64,000 bases of DNA from a virus: the IMG/VR virus record IMGVR_UViG_3300042469_000981; one strand, given 5' to 3'. A program made the position numbers and the translations under genes. The first letter of the stretch is position 1; the number at the start of each line of letters is the position of its first letter. Below the pieces are notes generated by a model. It saw only the letters and a list, made by a program, of their open reading frames with translations, had not been told where the DNA came from and did no database searches. Shown one piece after another: positions 1 through 9,492 of the stretch.

Positions 1-79
1 TGATTTTACCTTTACGTTTAAGTTCTTCTAACCAAATTTTCAGAACCGCTAATCTTTGTACATTACTTGTTTTACTCAT
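1..79 (-). CDS. small hypothetical protein, runs off the window edge
   Basis: Hand translation MSKTSNVQRLAVLKIWLEELKRKGKI...; its ATG overlaps the stop of the upstream ORF. Confidence 0.5.
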   Translation of the reverse strand, partial: MSKTSNVQRLAVLKIWLEELKRKGKI

Positions 80-209
80 TACTTTTTGCTTTATTTAAAA
101 CTTCGTTATTTTCTTTTATACGTTTATTGAATTTTTTACCATGCGCTCTACTTTTTTTATATCGCTTAGATAAAGTATGAGGTACATATTTTTTATTTAT
201 AGTACTCAT
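72..209 (-). CDS. small basic hypothetical protein (45 aa)
   Basis: Hand translation MSTINKKYVPHTLSKRYKKSRAHGKKFNKRIKENNEVLNKAKSNE; tightly packed with neighbours. Confidence 0.55.
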   Translation of the reverse strand: MSTINKKYVPHTLSKRYKKSRAHGKKFNKRIKENNEVLNKAKSNE

Positions 210-212
210 AAT

Positions 213-368
213 TTATCCTTGTCCTACATTTACTTTAACATAGTTTTTAGAGCCTTTATTTTTAGACATTTTAGTCTTTGCATGGATACCTTTTCTAGAT
301 TTTTTAGGTTTTTCTTTGTAAAGCGATGAAGCGCTTATTGATGTTTTTTTAGATTTTGCTGCTGCCAT
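213..368 (-). CDS. small, highly basic protein (51 aa)
   Basis: Hand translation MAAAKSKKTSISASSLYKEKPKKSRKGIHAKTKMSKNKGSKNYVKVNVGQG; preceded by TATTTAT motif at 373-379. Confidence 0.65.
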   Translation of the reverse strand: MAAAKSKKTSISASSLYKEKPKKSRKGIHAKTKMSKNKGSKNYVKVNVGQG

Positions 369-392
369 GCTGATAAATACATGGCTTTGTTT

Positions 393-920
393 TTAAAGTC
401 TTTCCCATTTATTCTTATAGTCCTTATTAGTAGTAGCATAAACAGCATAGTCATTTCTAATTGGTTGACCACTATTATAAGCACCACAAGCCAATGTCCA
501 GTCATGGTGGATTGAGTACCAGTTGCGAAGCATTTTCATACTAATCATAACATTTAAATCAATATTAGTTTTTAATTCTTTTTCACTAATACGACGCCTA
601 ACATAAGGTCTAGCCCAACGTGTAATAATCTGCATTGGCCCTACTGCTCCAGCATATGATTTTTGATATGGATTGTAATTAAAATGAAATGGGCCTTGAT
701 AACGTGTTTCTAAATAAGCAACATTATAAGCAATATGTTTAGGAATATTAAAACTATCACTCCAGTGTTCAATTGACTCATACATCTGGAGTGAAATAGT
801 TCCATTAGCTAAATCTAAACGTTCTTCAAAATAATCTAGACGTCGGTTAACATTATAATACATTAACCCAATAATACCTAGAATAATAATCAAATACCAA
901 CTTTTTAATTTAGCAAACAT
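393..920 (-). CDS. lytic transglycosylase (SLT domain) with N-terminal membrane anchor
   Basis: SLT motifs: catalytic E in AYLETRY, AVGPMQI, GAYNSG; hydrophobic N-terminus YLIIILGIIGLMYY. Confidence 0.85.
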   Translation of the reverse strand: MFAKLKSWYLIIILGIIGLMYYNVNRRLDYFEERLDLANGTISLQMYESIEHWSDSFNIPKHIAYNVAYLETRYQGPFHFNYNPYQKSYAGAVGPMQIITRWARPYVRRRISEKELKTNIDLNVMISMKMLRNWYSIHHDWTLACGAYNSGQPIRNDYAVYATTNKDYKNKWERL

Positions 921-928
921 ATTTTATT

Positions 929-1246
929 TTATTTAGTTACAACAGGACTAGCAATCTTAGAAGCATACATTTTAAAAATGATTCGACCTACTGAATCACT
1001 ATAAATACTATAACTTCCTGTTTTACGATCCATCATAATCAATTTGTCTTCTGAATCAATAGCAATTCGAACTTCTTTATTTAAAATAGTTTCATTAACC
1101 GATTTGGGTTTCATTTTCAATTCATTGAAATAGTAACCTAGACCAAAACCAGCAATCAAAGTTGATGCTACAATAGTAATGTTCATAAAGCGAGCAAATG
1201 CTGCTTTAAATTTTTCCTTGAACTCTTCTGTGATTAATTTTTTCAT
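929..1246 (-). CDS. hypothetical single-pass membrane protein
   Basis: Hydrophobic stretch ITIVASTLIAGFGLGYYF; promoter motif directly upstream. Confidence 0.7.
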   Translation of the reverse strand: MKKLITEEFKEKFKAAFARFMNITIVASTLIAGFGLGYYFNELKMKPKSVNETILNKEVRIAIDSEDKLIMMDRKTGSYSIYSDSVGRIIFKMYASKIASPVVTK

Positions 1247-1263
1247 AACATTTATTTTTGTTG

Positions 1264-1295
1264 TAAATATAATATTAGCTTATTATTAAGCCAAA
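1264..1295 (-). promoter_or_regulatory. early/middle-type promoter motif
   Basis: TTTGGC-N18-TATATTTA on the coding strand; one of 10 copies with identical spacing. Confidence 0.75.
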
Positions 1296-1301
1296 TTTAA
1301 G

Positions 1302-1640
1302 TTAACTTTTTTTAGGCCTACCTCGTTTGACAACAGGTGGATTTTTTAATTTACTAACAGCATTAACAATACGTTGACAATCTTCATATTGTTCTTCTCT
1401 AATATAGTAAGGTAAATTTTCTTCTAATGTCTCAATAAAGTGTTTTCGCTCAACAGTAATGTCATAAATTTCTCCCTCCTCTAAACAGTTTATAGATAAA
1501 ACATGAACATGCTTCTTTTTTGAGTCCATATTATTTAATATACCATCTACAATAGCTTTAGCTATTCTAAAATCTTTATTATCAACAAGTTCTTGGAACT
1601 CATCTGAATTGTTAACTGTTATCTCTTTCATCATAATCAA
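1302..1640 (-). CDS. hypothetical protein with UVR-like helix and C-terminal AT-hook-like motif
   Basis: EEQYEDCQRIVNAV resembles a UVR motif; ends KRGRPKKS. Confidence 0.6.
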   Translation of the reverse strand: MIMMKEITVNNSDEFQELVDNKDFRIAKAIVDGILNNMDSKKKHVHVLSINCLEEGEIYDITVERKHFIETLEENLPYYIREEQYEDCQRIVNAVSKLKNPPVVKRGRPKKS

Positions 1641-1825
1641 AATAAGTTAAAGAAATCTGTTTTTATATTCTTCTCTTTTAATTTACTAAATTTTTCTTGT
1701 TCCTCCAAGCTTTTAGTAGCTAATTTTTCTAAATGTTTTTGTTTTTGGACATCAAAATCATTAACAAGGGAATCATGTTTTTTATGTTTGCCTTTTTTTA
1801 GTAATGGTACTCGTTTCTTTTTCAT
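1637..1825 (-). CDS. small basic hypothetical protein
   Basis: ORF with ATGA overlaps on both sides. Confidence 0.6.
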   Translation of the reverse strand: MKKKRVPLLKKGKHKKHDSLVNDFDVQKQKHLEKLATKSLEEQEKFSKLKEKNIKTDFFNLF

Positions 1826-2466
1826 AGGCGGGAGATAAATTCACTACCATCATCTAAAGGTTTAGGGTCATATAGTCCTAATTCTCTAAGGCGTTGTTGA
1901 GTATAATCATCTACTTCCCAATCAACTTTAGATTCATTTTTAACTAAATGATCTTCTAGACCCTCCAGTTGTTTGTCGCTAAATATGTCTCCAATTTGGA
2001 GGAAATAACAGTTATAACAAAGCATTTCTAGGTTATCAAGACGATAATGTTGTTTGTTACCATCTTTAAAATTTAAAATTAAAGGCATTTTATAATCTAG
2101 TAAACGATGCTCATGAAAACCACATGAGTAACATTCTTCCTTCATATAACCCTCTTGTAATAATCTATATTTAATTTTATTAGGGTTGAATGAGGATGGA
2201 TCTAATCTACCTTCAATAATGTCTAATAAAGCAAAATCACGTCTTGGTTTACCATTACTTAAAAATTTAGGAATGCCTTTACCTGATTGGTTTTTATGTT
2301 GTTCAAATAAATTAGCATAACCAGGTTGTGTTGCCTCATATCTCCTAGCCCACATTTTGTAATGTATGTAAGAACAATTCAAATAGCGAGCTGCTGCTTT
2401 ATTTGATTTGGTTTTAGCCATAGCAGCTAAAATCATTTCCTTACCAAGTGGTCTTGCTTTTGGCAT
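1822..2466 (-). CDS. HNH-fold zinc-binding protein, possibly catalytically degenerate
   Basis: CYSC and CYNC zinc knuckles flank LNFKDGNKQHYRLDNLEML; the usual catalytic His position appears to be F. Confidence 0.6.
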   Translation of the reverse strand: MPKARPLGKEMILAAMAKTKSNKAAARYLNCSYIHYKMWARRYEATQPGYANLFEQHKNQSGKGIPKFLSNGKPRRDFALLDIIEGRLDPSSFNPNKIKYRLLQEGYMKEECYSCGFHEHRLLDYKMPLILNFKDGNKQHYRLDNLEMLCYNCYFLQIGDIFSDKQLEGLEDHLVKNESKVDWEVDDYTQQRLRELGLYDPKPLDDGSEFISRL

Positions 2467-2762
2467 TACTCTTCGTTTGGTTTTACTTCTCTAAATCCTG
2501 GAGGGATTTCTGTTTGAGTTTCATCAATAGGTTCAAATAATTTATTTCCAGTTTTACGAAGTTTATTTTCAGCTTCAACATAGGCTTTATAATCTTCATG
2601 TTCCAAATGAATAGTTTCAATCCAAGTATGATCACCTTCACCTTTCATTATTGTGACAACACCTTTTTTCTGAACACCTGAACAGCTAACACAGGTTTTA
2701 GCTGTTGGTAGGGCTTTTAATCTTCCTTCTGGAATTATGTCTCCACATTTAATACAATTCAT
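2466..2762 (-). CDS. DksA/TraR-type C4 zinc finger protein
   Basis: CIKCGDIIPEGRLKALPTAKTCVSC matches the DksA C4 finger pattern CxxC...IPxxRLxAxP....CxxC. Confidence 0.8.
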   Translation of the reverse strand: MNCIKCGDIIPEGRLKALPTAKTCVSCSGVQKKGVVTIMKGEGDHTWIETIHLEHEDYKAYVEAENKLRKTGNKLFEPIDETQTEIPPGFREVKPNEE

Positions 2763-2765
2763 AAC

Positions 2766-3149
2766 TTATTTATTTTTTTCTATATTATCTACTCGTTTTA
2801 AAAATTCCCAAAGTTGTTCTGTTGTCTCAACAATTACATTTTCTTCAGTTTCATTATCATGGTCATTTAATTTAATGGCTACCACATTGCCTTCCTCATC
2901 ATAACGGTTATATACCCACCATAATACAATGTCTGTTTTCCATTCACCGTATTTAATGAATAATAAATTTTCAATCATTATATAAAATGGTTCTTCATAT
3001 GAGGTAATATTTAAGGCGTGTTCCTCTAAGGTTGAACTGCGCTCAAAACATTCATCTAATAAAGAAATAATGTCAATGAAAATTTCTTTTTCACTTAACT
3101 CTTTTTTCTTTTTTGATTTAATATTTACGTTTTTACCAAAGTTTTTCAT
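2766..3149 (-). CDS. hypothetical protein
   Basis: Intact ORF in operon context. Confidence 0.7.
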   Translation of the reverse strand: MKNFGKNVNIKSKKKKELSEKEIFIDIISLLDECFERSSTLEEHALNITSYEEPFYIMIENLLFIKYGEWKTDIVLWWVYNRYDEEGNVVAIKLNDHDNETEENVIVETTEQLWEFLKRVDNIEKNK

Positions 3150-3304
3150 AATATAGTTGTTACACCAAATATTTTTAAAAATTCTTTTAATGGGAGTTGT
3201 TTACGCTCAGCAAACAATTTAGCAGCTTGTAATCTAGATGTTGTAACTACACGACCAATTGTTTCTTTATTTTTATCGTTTCTGTTATAAAATTTAAATA
3301 TCAT
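3146..3304 (-). CDS. small hypothetical protein (52 aa)
   Basis: Hand translation MIFKFYNRNDKNKETIGRVVTTSRLQAAKLFAERKQLPLKEFLKIFGVTTIL; ATGA overlaps on both sides fill the gap exactly. Confidence 0.7.
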   Translation of the reverse strand: MIFKFYNRNDKNKETIGRVVTTSRLQAAKLFAERKQLPLKEFLKIFGVTTIL

Positions 3305-4206
3305 AATCTAATATACTTATGTTGTTGTTCTTCTAAACTATTAATAGTTATTTTTAAATTTCCAATTTGGAATGTTCCTGTATCATTTGTTTCTTTTACA
3401 ATATCATTTAATTGTTGAATATAATTATAATCCTGTTGTGTTATAGTCTTACCATCAATTTCTACAATTACATCTTCACCATCATTAAACCATAAGCCTA
3501 ATGATTGTTTTATATTAGTATCCATATCACCATGGATGATTAATTTTTTATTATAAACTACATTGTATGTTGATTTTCTAAACCCCCACTTTTTAACAAA
3601 GTTAAAATTAGATTCTTGTTCTATAGATTGATAGTCACCTACACGAGATGTTTTACTAACAAAATGATAAACATGAGCTGAACTAACTTTATGTTCAAAA
3701 CCAGCTAGTTTATATCTTAAATGCAAATCATCATCTTCACAAAACATTTTAAAAGTATTACCATCAATACCAATATAATCCTCTTTCATACAACCAAAGA
3801 ATAATTGTGAACCACCATCAACTAAACTTTCCTCTATATTAAAATCTAAGAATTTTTGATTATTAAATGTTTTTAAATCATTACCACAATCCAAAATAAT
3901 TTTACCAGCATATATGTCGGGATAAATAGGAGGTTCAATTCTTGTGTAAGTTGTTATTCTTCCTTTTTGAATATGTTTATCCATAGTTTCAAGAAAACCA
4001 GGCTTAATAACCATATCATTATGAAGTAAAATAATTTTTTCACCTTTTGCTTTAGCAACAGCATTATTATAATTTAAACCTAAAGTAATACTGTTGTTTT
4101 CTTCAATAACTACATCAACATCAGGATAAATTTCTTTAATATTATTTAAAATATTAATAGTGTATTCTGTGTTGGTTTTATTTGTTGGGATGATTAATGA
4201 TATCAT
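3301..4206 (-). CDS. glycosyltransferase family 2
   Basis: MISLIIPT start, NNAVAKAKGEKIILLHNDM, FCEDDDLHLR acceptor-base motif, VYHFVSKT. Confidence 0.85.
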   Translation of the reverse strand: MISLIIPTNKTNTEYTINILNNIKEIYPDVDVVIEENNSITLGLNYNNAVAKAKGEKIILLHNDMVIKPGFLETMDKHIQKGRITTYTRIEPPIYPDIYAGKIILDCGNDLKTFNNQKFLDFNIEESLVDGGSQLFFGCMKEDYIGIDGNTFKMFCEDDDLHLRYKLAGFEHKVSSAHVYHFVSKTSRVGDYQSIEQESNFNFVKKWGFRKSTYNVVYNKKLIIHGDMDTNIKQSLGLWFNDGEDVIVEIDGKTITQQDYNYIQQLNDIVKETNDTGTFQIGNLKITINSLEEQQHKYIRL

Positions 4207-4207
4207 A

Positions 4208-4864
4208 TTAATATGTTTTATAAAAATCGTCTACTGATATAATATTTAGTAATTCTTCTCTATATGAGTCAAAATAGTTCCATTCTAAACATTTTTCTAA
4301 AGAAGCTTTATTGTAAAGTTCTTGTGGTTTTTGTTTAACTATACCCACTCCCCAATCTGTGTCTACTACTTTTATTTCTAAATTAGGTTCAGTACATCTA
4401 AGTTTAACTACTGATTTCCAAACATCTCCATTCCATAAGCCTGAAATTCGAGGAATAACCTGGTTTGTAAATTCAGGTGGATTACAATCATGTAATATAA
4501 TAAATCCATTAGGCATTAAATGATTTAAGGAATTTTTTATATCTTTATCTACTTGATTTGAATGATGAAGACCATCTATAAAAATAATATCATACTTAAT
4601 ATCATGTCCCTTAATAAAATCAAAAAACTCATCAGAAGTAATAGGATAGTTAATTTCAGGAACATTCATACCTCCAACCTCTGATCCTGGTGAAGGATCA
4701 ACTCCGTCTTTATGTATGGCCTTAATTTTTCTTATACAAAGCCCATCATTTACTCCTATTTCTAAATAGTTTAGAAAATTATAGTTTTTTATTAAATGGT
4801 TAATTAAATCCCATCTTTTAACTCCGTTAGGGTCAGCATAGATATCATTTGAATATTTTTTCAT
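4208..4864 (-). CDS. class I SAM-dependent methyltransferase (Methyltransf_24-like)
   Basis: YLEIGV, DGVDP, YDIIFIDGLH, GFIILHDC motifs; start moved to MKKYS because the longer ORF overlaps the upstream gene. Confidence 0.85.
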   Translation of the reverse strand: MKKYSNDIYADPNGVKRWDLINHLIKNYNFLNYLEIGVNDGLCIRKIKAIHKDGVDPSPGSEVGGMNVPEINYPITSDEFFDFIKGHDIKYDIIFIDGLHHSNQVDKDIKNSLNHLMPNGFIILHDCNPPEFTNQVIPRISGLWNGDVWKSVVKLRCTEPNLEIKVVDTDWGVGIVKQKPQELYNKASLEKCLEWNYFDSYREELLNIISVDDFYKTY

Positions 4865-4865
4865 A

Positions 4866-5822
4866 TTATTGTGCTTTACTAAATGCTGCGTAGACATTTT
4901 TTGGTATTATATTTTTTTCTTTTAATTGCTCAACTCCTTTATTAATATATTGAGGTAAATTAGCTTCAAATATTGATCTTTGTTCTTTTGCTCCTATTTT
5001 TATACTTAAAAAATCTTTATAATAAGAAGTAAAATCTCTATCTCTTAAATCTCCCATACTGTAATCTAATATAGTTTCTCCTCTTAAAACATATTGCTGG
5101 AAGTCAACATTATTTAGCTTAGTAAAATCAGATAACAACATTGAATAATAATCCCATGGGCCATATCCTGTCCAATCATCATGAATAGGACATAAGTTTT
5201 CATAAAACTCTTTATTATATATGTCAAACCATATAGCCCATTTACTTTTATCTACAGTTTCTAAAAACCTTTCATCTTCTGGATGGTTTATGTCTTTCAT
5301 AAGATGAAAAATATCAAAGTCACCCCATTTATCATAAGGAACATCCATGTATTTTTTATTAGTTATACTATCCCATGTGCTGTCCCACATCTTATGTATT
5401 TCAGGAGTAACAACAAAATATTTATTTTTTACTAAACGAACGGATTCAATTAAGTAAGATAACAAATACTCACTAAAATATATATCAGGGCAAATAGAAA
5501 TATAGTAATCAAATTCTTTACCATAAGCTATTTTTTGCATATCTAATAAACCATAGTTTTCATCTCCATCATAAATGATAGAGTTATGTTTATAGTCTTT
5601 TAGTAAAATAGCTAAATCATTATATTTTTTAATAAAAAATTCTTTTGGTAATTGACTATTGTCCCAATCAATGATATGGTTAGATAAATTTAAATGAGTA
5701 TCAATAGTAATTTCTATATCTTTATTCAAATAATAAAATGATTTTTTTAGTTGGGTATATGACAGTAATGCAAAATCAATTTGCCAAGGCATAATTAAAT
5801 AAAATAGTTTTATCTTAATCAT
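4866..5822 (-). CDS. hypothetical protein, possible glycosyltransferase-related
   Basis: YISICPDIYF segment resembles a GT-A DxD region; sits in the glycosyltransferase block. Confidence 0.45.
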   Translation of the reverse strand: MIKIKLFYLIMPWQIDFALLSYTQLKKSFYYLNKDIEITIDTHLNLSNHIIDWDNSQLPKEFFIKKYNDLAILLKDYKHNSIIYDGDENYGLLDMQKIAYGKEFDYYISICPDIYFSEYLLSYLIESVRLVKNKYFVVTPEIHKMWDSTWDSITNKKYMDVPYDKWGDFDIFHLMKDINHPEDERFLETVDKSKWAIWFDIYNKEFYENLCPIHDDWTGYGPWDYYSMLLSDFTKLNNVDFQQYVLRGETILDYSMGDLRDRDFTSYYKDFLSIKIGAKEQRSIFEANLPQYINKGVEQLKEKNIIPKNVYAAFSKAQ

Positions 5823-6322
5823 AATTTACCGGTTTTAATTTCAGTTACTATTTGCTCAATAGTCAATTTTCTTCCTAAAATATTCATCTCATTTTTAGTA
5901 AAAGGTTTAATTAAATTTACCCAATATAAGAATTCATCTAAACTTAAAACATATCGAGTAGTGTTTTGTACATTAGGTTCTATTCCTTTACTTAGCTGAG
6001 ATTTAAATACATTTAGTATAGTGTTTGGAGTTTTTACCCATTCACAAACTTCAATCCTCACTATAGTATAATATTTAAAATTATTTCTAATATATTCTTC
6101 TATCTCTATTTTATGGTCAGTGTATCTATCTTTTTTATAATAGACTCCTAAATTTGAAAAATAAACTATATGTTTATCTTTTGAAATTGTTTTAAGAAGA
6201 TTAAATTCTCTTTCATATTCATTTTCATCCACACATGTACTATTACTTACCCCGGATGCGAAAAATACTAAGTCATTATTGTCTTTAAGGACATTAGCTA
6301 TACTCCCATTACCTATTATCAT
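5819..6322 (-). CDS. short NAD-dependent epimerase/dehydratase-like protein
   Basis: MIIGNGSIA Rossmann start, FFASGVSNS, VYFSN, YTDHKIEIE (YxxxK). Confidence 0.7.
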   Translation of the reverse strand: MIIGNGSIANVLKDNNDLVFFASGVSNSTCVDENEYEREFNLLKTISKDKHIVYFSNLGVYYKKDRYTDHKIEIEEYIRNNFKYYTIVRIEVCEWVKTPNTILNVFKSQLSKGIEPNVQNTTRYVLSLDEFLYWVNLIKPFTKNEMNILGRKLTIEQIVTEIKTGKL

Positions 6323-7131
6323 ATTAACTTATTATGTTTAAAAATTTGAGTTATTGTGTTAACTATGTTTTGTTCGTAATCTACGTAATCTAAAGCTAAT
6401 TTCCAATTTTTTTCAATTATTTCTTTTCTATTTTCATAATAACTTTCATTTAGTTGATTAGTTATATAAACTAAATCATCAACATTATTAAAAGTTATAA
6501 TACCATCCATATCAAAATAATCACCTATGTTTGAGCAACCCCAATATAAAGGAATAGTTTTAAGCAAAAAACAATCTAATATTTTTTCAGTAAAATATCC
6601 TCTGTAAGAAGTATTTTCAATCACTACTCCAAATTGTGAATTACCAAATATAAATTCTTTACCTAAACGAGCATCATCAATATTATTTCTGTCTCCATAG
6701 GTCTCATAAAACTTAGTAGGAATGCTAAATTCATTTTTTCTAGCGGTAGCTTCATGTCTTAAAGAATGACCATATGTTTTAAGTAACTTACCTTGTAAAT
6801 GAGCCAATTGGAATGTTTTATCATGATTTTTATTATATTGATCGGGTTTAAGCCAAGTATGTCCAAAAGGTTGAAAAATAGCATTATCACAATTGTTTAA
6901 TACTTTATCATTTTGAGTTAAAATAATAGTGAATATATCTTTATTTTTAATAACCCAATCATGTAATCCAAAGTATTCATTTGGTTCCTGGAATGCAATT
7001 ATATTAATTGGAGATAATTCTTCTTGAGATTGAGGAGCAGTATCAATAAATAAAGAAAAATCTAAATAAGATAAATGTTTAAGTTTATCTTCAAAAATCT
7101 GTTTATCAAAGTGTGCTACTTTTAATTTCAT
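6319..7131 (-). CDS. glycosyltransferase family 10 (alpha-1,3-fucosyltransferase-like)
   Basis: FGVVIENTSYRGYFTEKILDCFLLKTIPLYWG matches the GT10 motif FxxxxEN...YxTEKxxxxxxxxxIPIYxG. Confidence 0.85.
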   Translation of the reverse strand: MKLKVAHFDKQIFEDKLKHLSYLDFSLFIDTAPQSQEELSPINIIAFQEPNEYFGLHDWVIKNKDIFTIILTQNDKVLNNCDNAIFQPFGHTWLKPDQYNKNHDKTFQLAHLQGKLLKTYGHSLRHEATARKNEFSIPTKFYETYGDRNNIDDARLGKEFIFGNSQFGVVIENTSYRGYFTEKILDCFLLKTIPLYWGCSNIGDYFDMDGIITFNNVDDLVYITNQLNESYYENRKEIIEKNWKLALDYVDYEQNIVNTITQIFKHNKLI

Positions 7132-7736
7132 AACGTATTATAAAACTGGTTTTGTTTTTCTTGTTTTTCAATAGTTTTTGGATGAATTAAAGCTAACTCA
7201 TCAACTGCAGGCAGTACAGTGAAACGTTTATGACCTTCAATCACTTCATGAACCGCATTCCTCCATTTAATTTCAGGAACATTTCTATAAATTCGTGTTT
7301 GATAATCAGGCCAATTTACTCTTTCATTTTCATATTTCCAACCCCATTTTTGTATATGTTCTGATGTAATACCACTTACTGTATTAATTCTAGGAACATA
7401 ATACAAATCAACTTCTGGATTGGCTTTAAGAATTTGAGGAAGTAATTCTAACATTTCAAGAGCTATTAATTCATCAGCGTCAATCTGAAAGATAAATTCT
7501 CCTAAACAGTGTTTTGTTAATTCATTTTTATATGAAGCAAAATCTTTATTTAAAGGATAAAACCAATGTTTTATTCCTCTATCAAGAATAACACTTACTA
7601 CTTCTTTAGTATGATTATCCTGATCAATTTGGACTACGATTTCATACTCAGGTGATAGAGCACGTTCTTGAAGATAATCAAGTAACGTCTCTAACTCCTG
7701 ATGTTCGTTACATACAGTGATTGCTAGGCTAATCAT
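7128..7736 (-). CDS. glycosyltransferase family 2
   Basis: ISLAITVCNE, DFASYKN, FIFQIDADE (DxD), WPDYQTRIYRN, VHEVI. Confidence 0.85.
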   Translation of the reverse strand: MISLAITVCNEHQELETLLDYLQERALSPEYEIVVQIDQDNHTKEVVSVILDRGIKHWFYPLNKDFASYKNELTKHCLGEFIFQIDADELIALEMLELLPQILKANPEVDLYYVPRINTVSGITSEHIQKWGWKYENERVNWPDYQTRIYRNVPEIKWRNAVHEVIEGHKRFTVLPAVDELALIHPKTIEKQEKQNQFYNTL

Positions 7737-8188
7737 TCTGGTATAACTCCAATGTATGAGAGGGCATCCATAAATTCCTTTTCACTAAAGTTTTTTATAG
7801 TGTCCATATCCATTCTGAATTTATAATGTTCACCTGGTTTTTTAGGATTAGGGTATTTATGTTTTTCTTCTTCTTTAACTGGTACTGATTTTACTGCTGA
7901 CCAATGCCAGTTAAAAGCAGAGGCTCCGTTAGCAAAAATCATTCCTTTTTCATGTAAGTTGATAGCTGATGGCATCCATACTTTACCTTTTTCATCTTTA
8001 TGGAATAAATCTTTATAAAGTTCAGGTAGTATTTCTTTTTGTTGAGTTAAAAACTCTCCATCTTCAACCATTAATGAATTTGTTTGGAAACCACAACCAT
8101 AACAAAAATAGGTTTTAATGTCTTGGTTTACTTCATCTACGTAACATGCGTCTGAGCCGCAGCGGTCACAAATTATTAAATTATCCAT
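7733..8188 (-). CDS. hypothetical protein with N-terminal zinc ribbon
   Basis: CDRC...CYGC. Confidence 0.6.
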   Translation of the reverse strand: MDNLIICDRCGSDACYVDEVNQDIKTYFCYGCGFQTNSLMVEDGEFLTQQKEILPELYKDLFHKDEKGKVWMPSAINLHEKGMIFANGASAFNWHWSAVKSVPVKEEEKHKYPNPKKPGEHYKFRMDMDTIKNFSEKEFMDALSYIGVIPE

Positions 8189-9488
8189 TTATCTTTTTTA
8201 ATTTAGGTATTTCAATTTTTTTAAGTTGAGGTAATGCTAGTTTAACTTCTTTAGGAAACTCAGGAATATATTTAATAAGTAATTCATCTACTTTTTCCTT
8301 CATAGCATCCCAACTAAAATTATTTTTATTTTTACTAGCTAAGCGTTTAGCATTCTCAGTATAGTTTTTATAATTTTCAAAAACATCTTTTAAATAAAAA
8401 CCAGTTTGACCAGGGTCTACAGTGAACCATTTTGATTCAGGTAACAGGAACTGATTTTTAGTGCTTGGATGAACATTAGTTAATTGACCTCCTAATAAAC
8501 AAGTTAATTTAGAATCTAAGAAATCAATTTGGCCTGACCATCCAGAACAAATGATAGGTTTTTTAGTTAAACTAAATTCAAGCAATGGACGACCAAAACC
8601 TTCTCCTTTAGTTAAATTAACCATTGCTTTTACTTTTGGATGGTTATAAAGTTCATTCATTTCTTCATCTGAGAATTCACCATGTAAAAGATATATGTTA
8701 GGTAAGTTTTTAGAGTTTACTGTTTTCTTAATTTTCTTAATTTTCTTAAGAATTTCCTCTCTATCATAATAAGATGAACTTACTTGAGATGTTTTTAAAA
8801 TTAAAGCAGGTTTATTCATTTTATTTTTAAACGTTTCAAAAAACGCTTTAACTAACAAACCAACATTCTTTCTATCCTCACCCATATCGCCTTCCATCCA
8901 ATGTCCTACAAACAAATAAGCAAATTTTTCTTTAATACCCATCAATGAAGTATATAATTCACTTTGAGGTATTTTATCTAATATTTTATAAACATTAGTG
9001 TTAGCTCCTTCAAACAATACTTCAATAGGCTTTTCTATTTTAATAGTAGATTCTAAAACATTTGTTTGTTTATTTCTTTTTTCAAATACACAGTCTTCAA
9101 ATACTTTTTTAGAGTGATTAGATGAAGTAAGAGTTAAATCCATTCTATTAATACCTTCAACCCAATCCCCAGGACAAATATCACTTTCAATACCTGCTGT
9201 AACTCCAATATTAAACTTTCCTATAGGTTGAAATTCATTTGGAACAGTAATCTGCATCCAAATATCAGGTTGTTGATGGTTTGTTGGATTAGTAATCATA
9301 TGATTTAGTAAAAACTCCCATTCTAGATTAGATTTACAGAATCCAAAAGGTGTATTTCCCCATCGTTGAGATAAAAGTTTTACTTCATATTTATTAGTTT
9401 CTATAATAGATTTAACTAAATCTCTGCTTCGTGCTCCATACCCAGAGAAAGTATCAAATGGACAACTAATTACAAATAACGGTTTCAT
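8181..9488 (-). CDS. glycosyltransferase family 4 (GT-B fold)
   Basis: FSGYGARSR, GEGFGRPLLEF, PIICSGWSGQIDFL; likely start MKPLFV at 9488. Confidence 0.85.
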   Translation of the reverse strand: MKPLFVISCPFDTFSGYGARSRDLVKSIIETNKYEVKLLSQRWGNTPFGFCKSNLEWEFLLNHMITNPTNHQQPDIWMQITVPNEFQPIGKFNIGVTAGIESDICPGDWVEGINRMDLTLTSSNHSKKVFEDCVFEKRNKQTNVLESTIKIEKPIEVLFEGANTNVYKILDKIPQSELYTSLMGIKEKFAYLFVGHWMEGDMGEDRKNVGLLVKAFFETFKNKMNKPALILKTSQVSSSYYDREEILKKIKKIKKTVNSKNLPNIYLLHGEFSDEEMNELYNHPKVKAMVNLTKGEGFGRPLLEFSLTKKPIICSGWSGQIDFLDSKLTCLLGGQLTNVHPSTKNQFLLPESKWFTVDPGQTGFYLKDVFENYKNYTENAKRLASKNKNNFSWDAMKEKVDELLIKYIPEFPKEVKLALPQLKKIEIPKLKKING

Positions 9489-9492
9489 TTTT

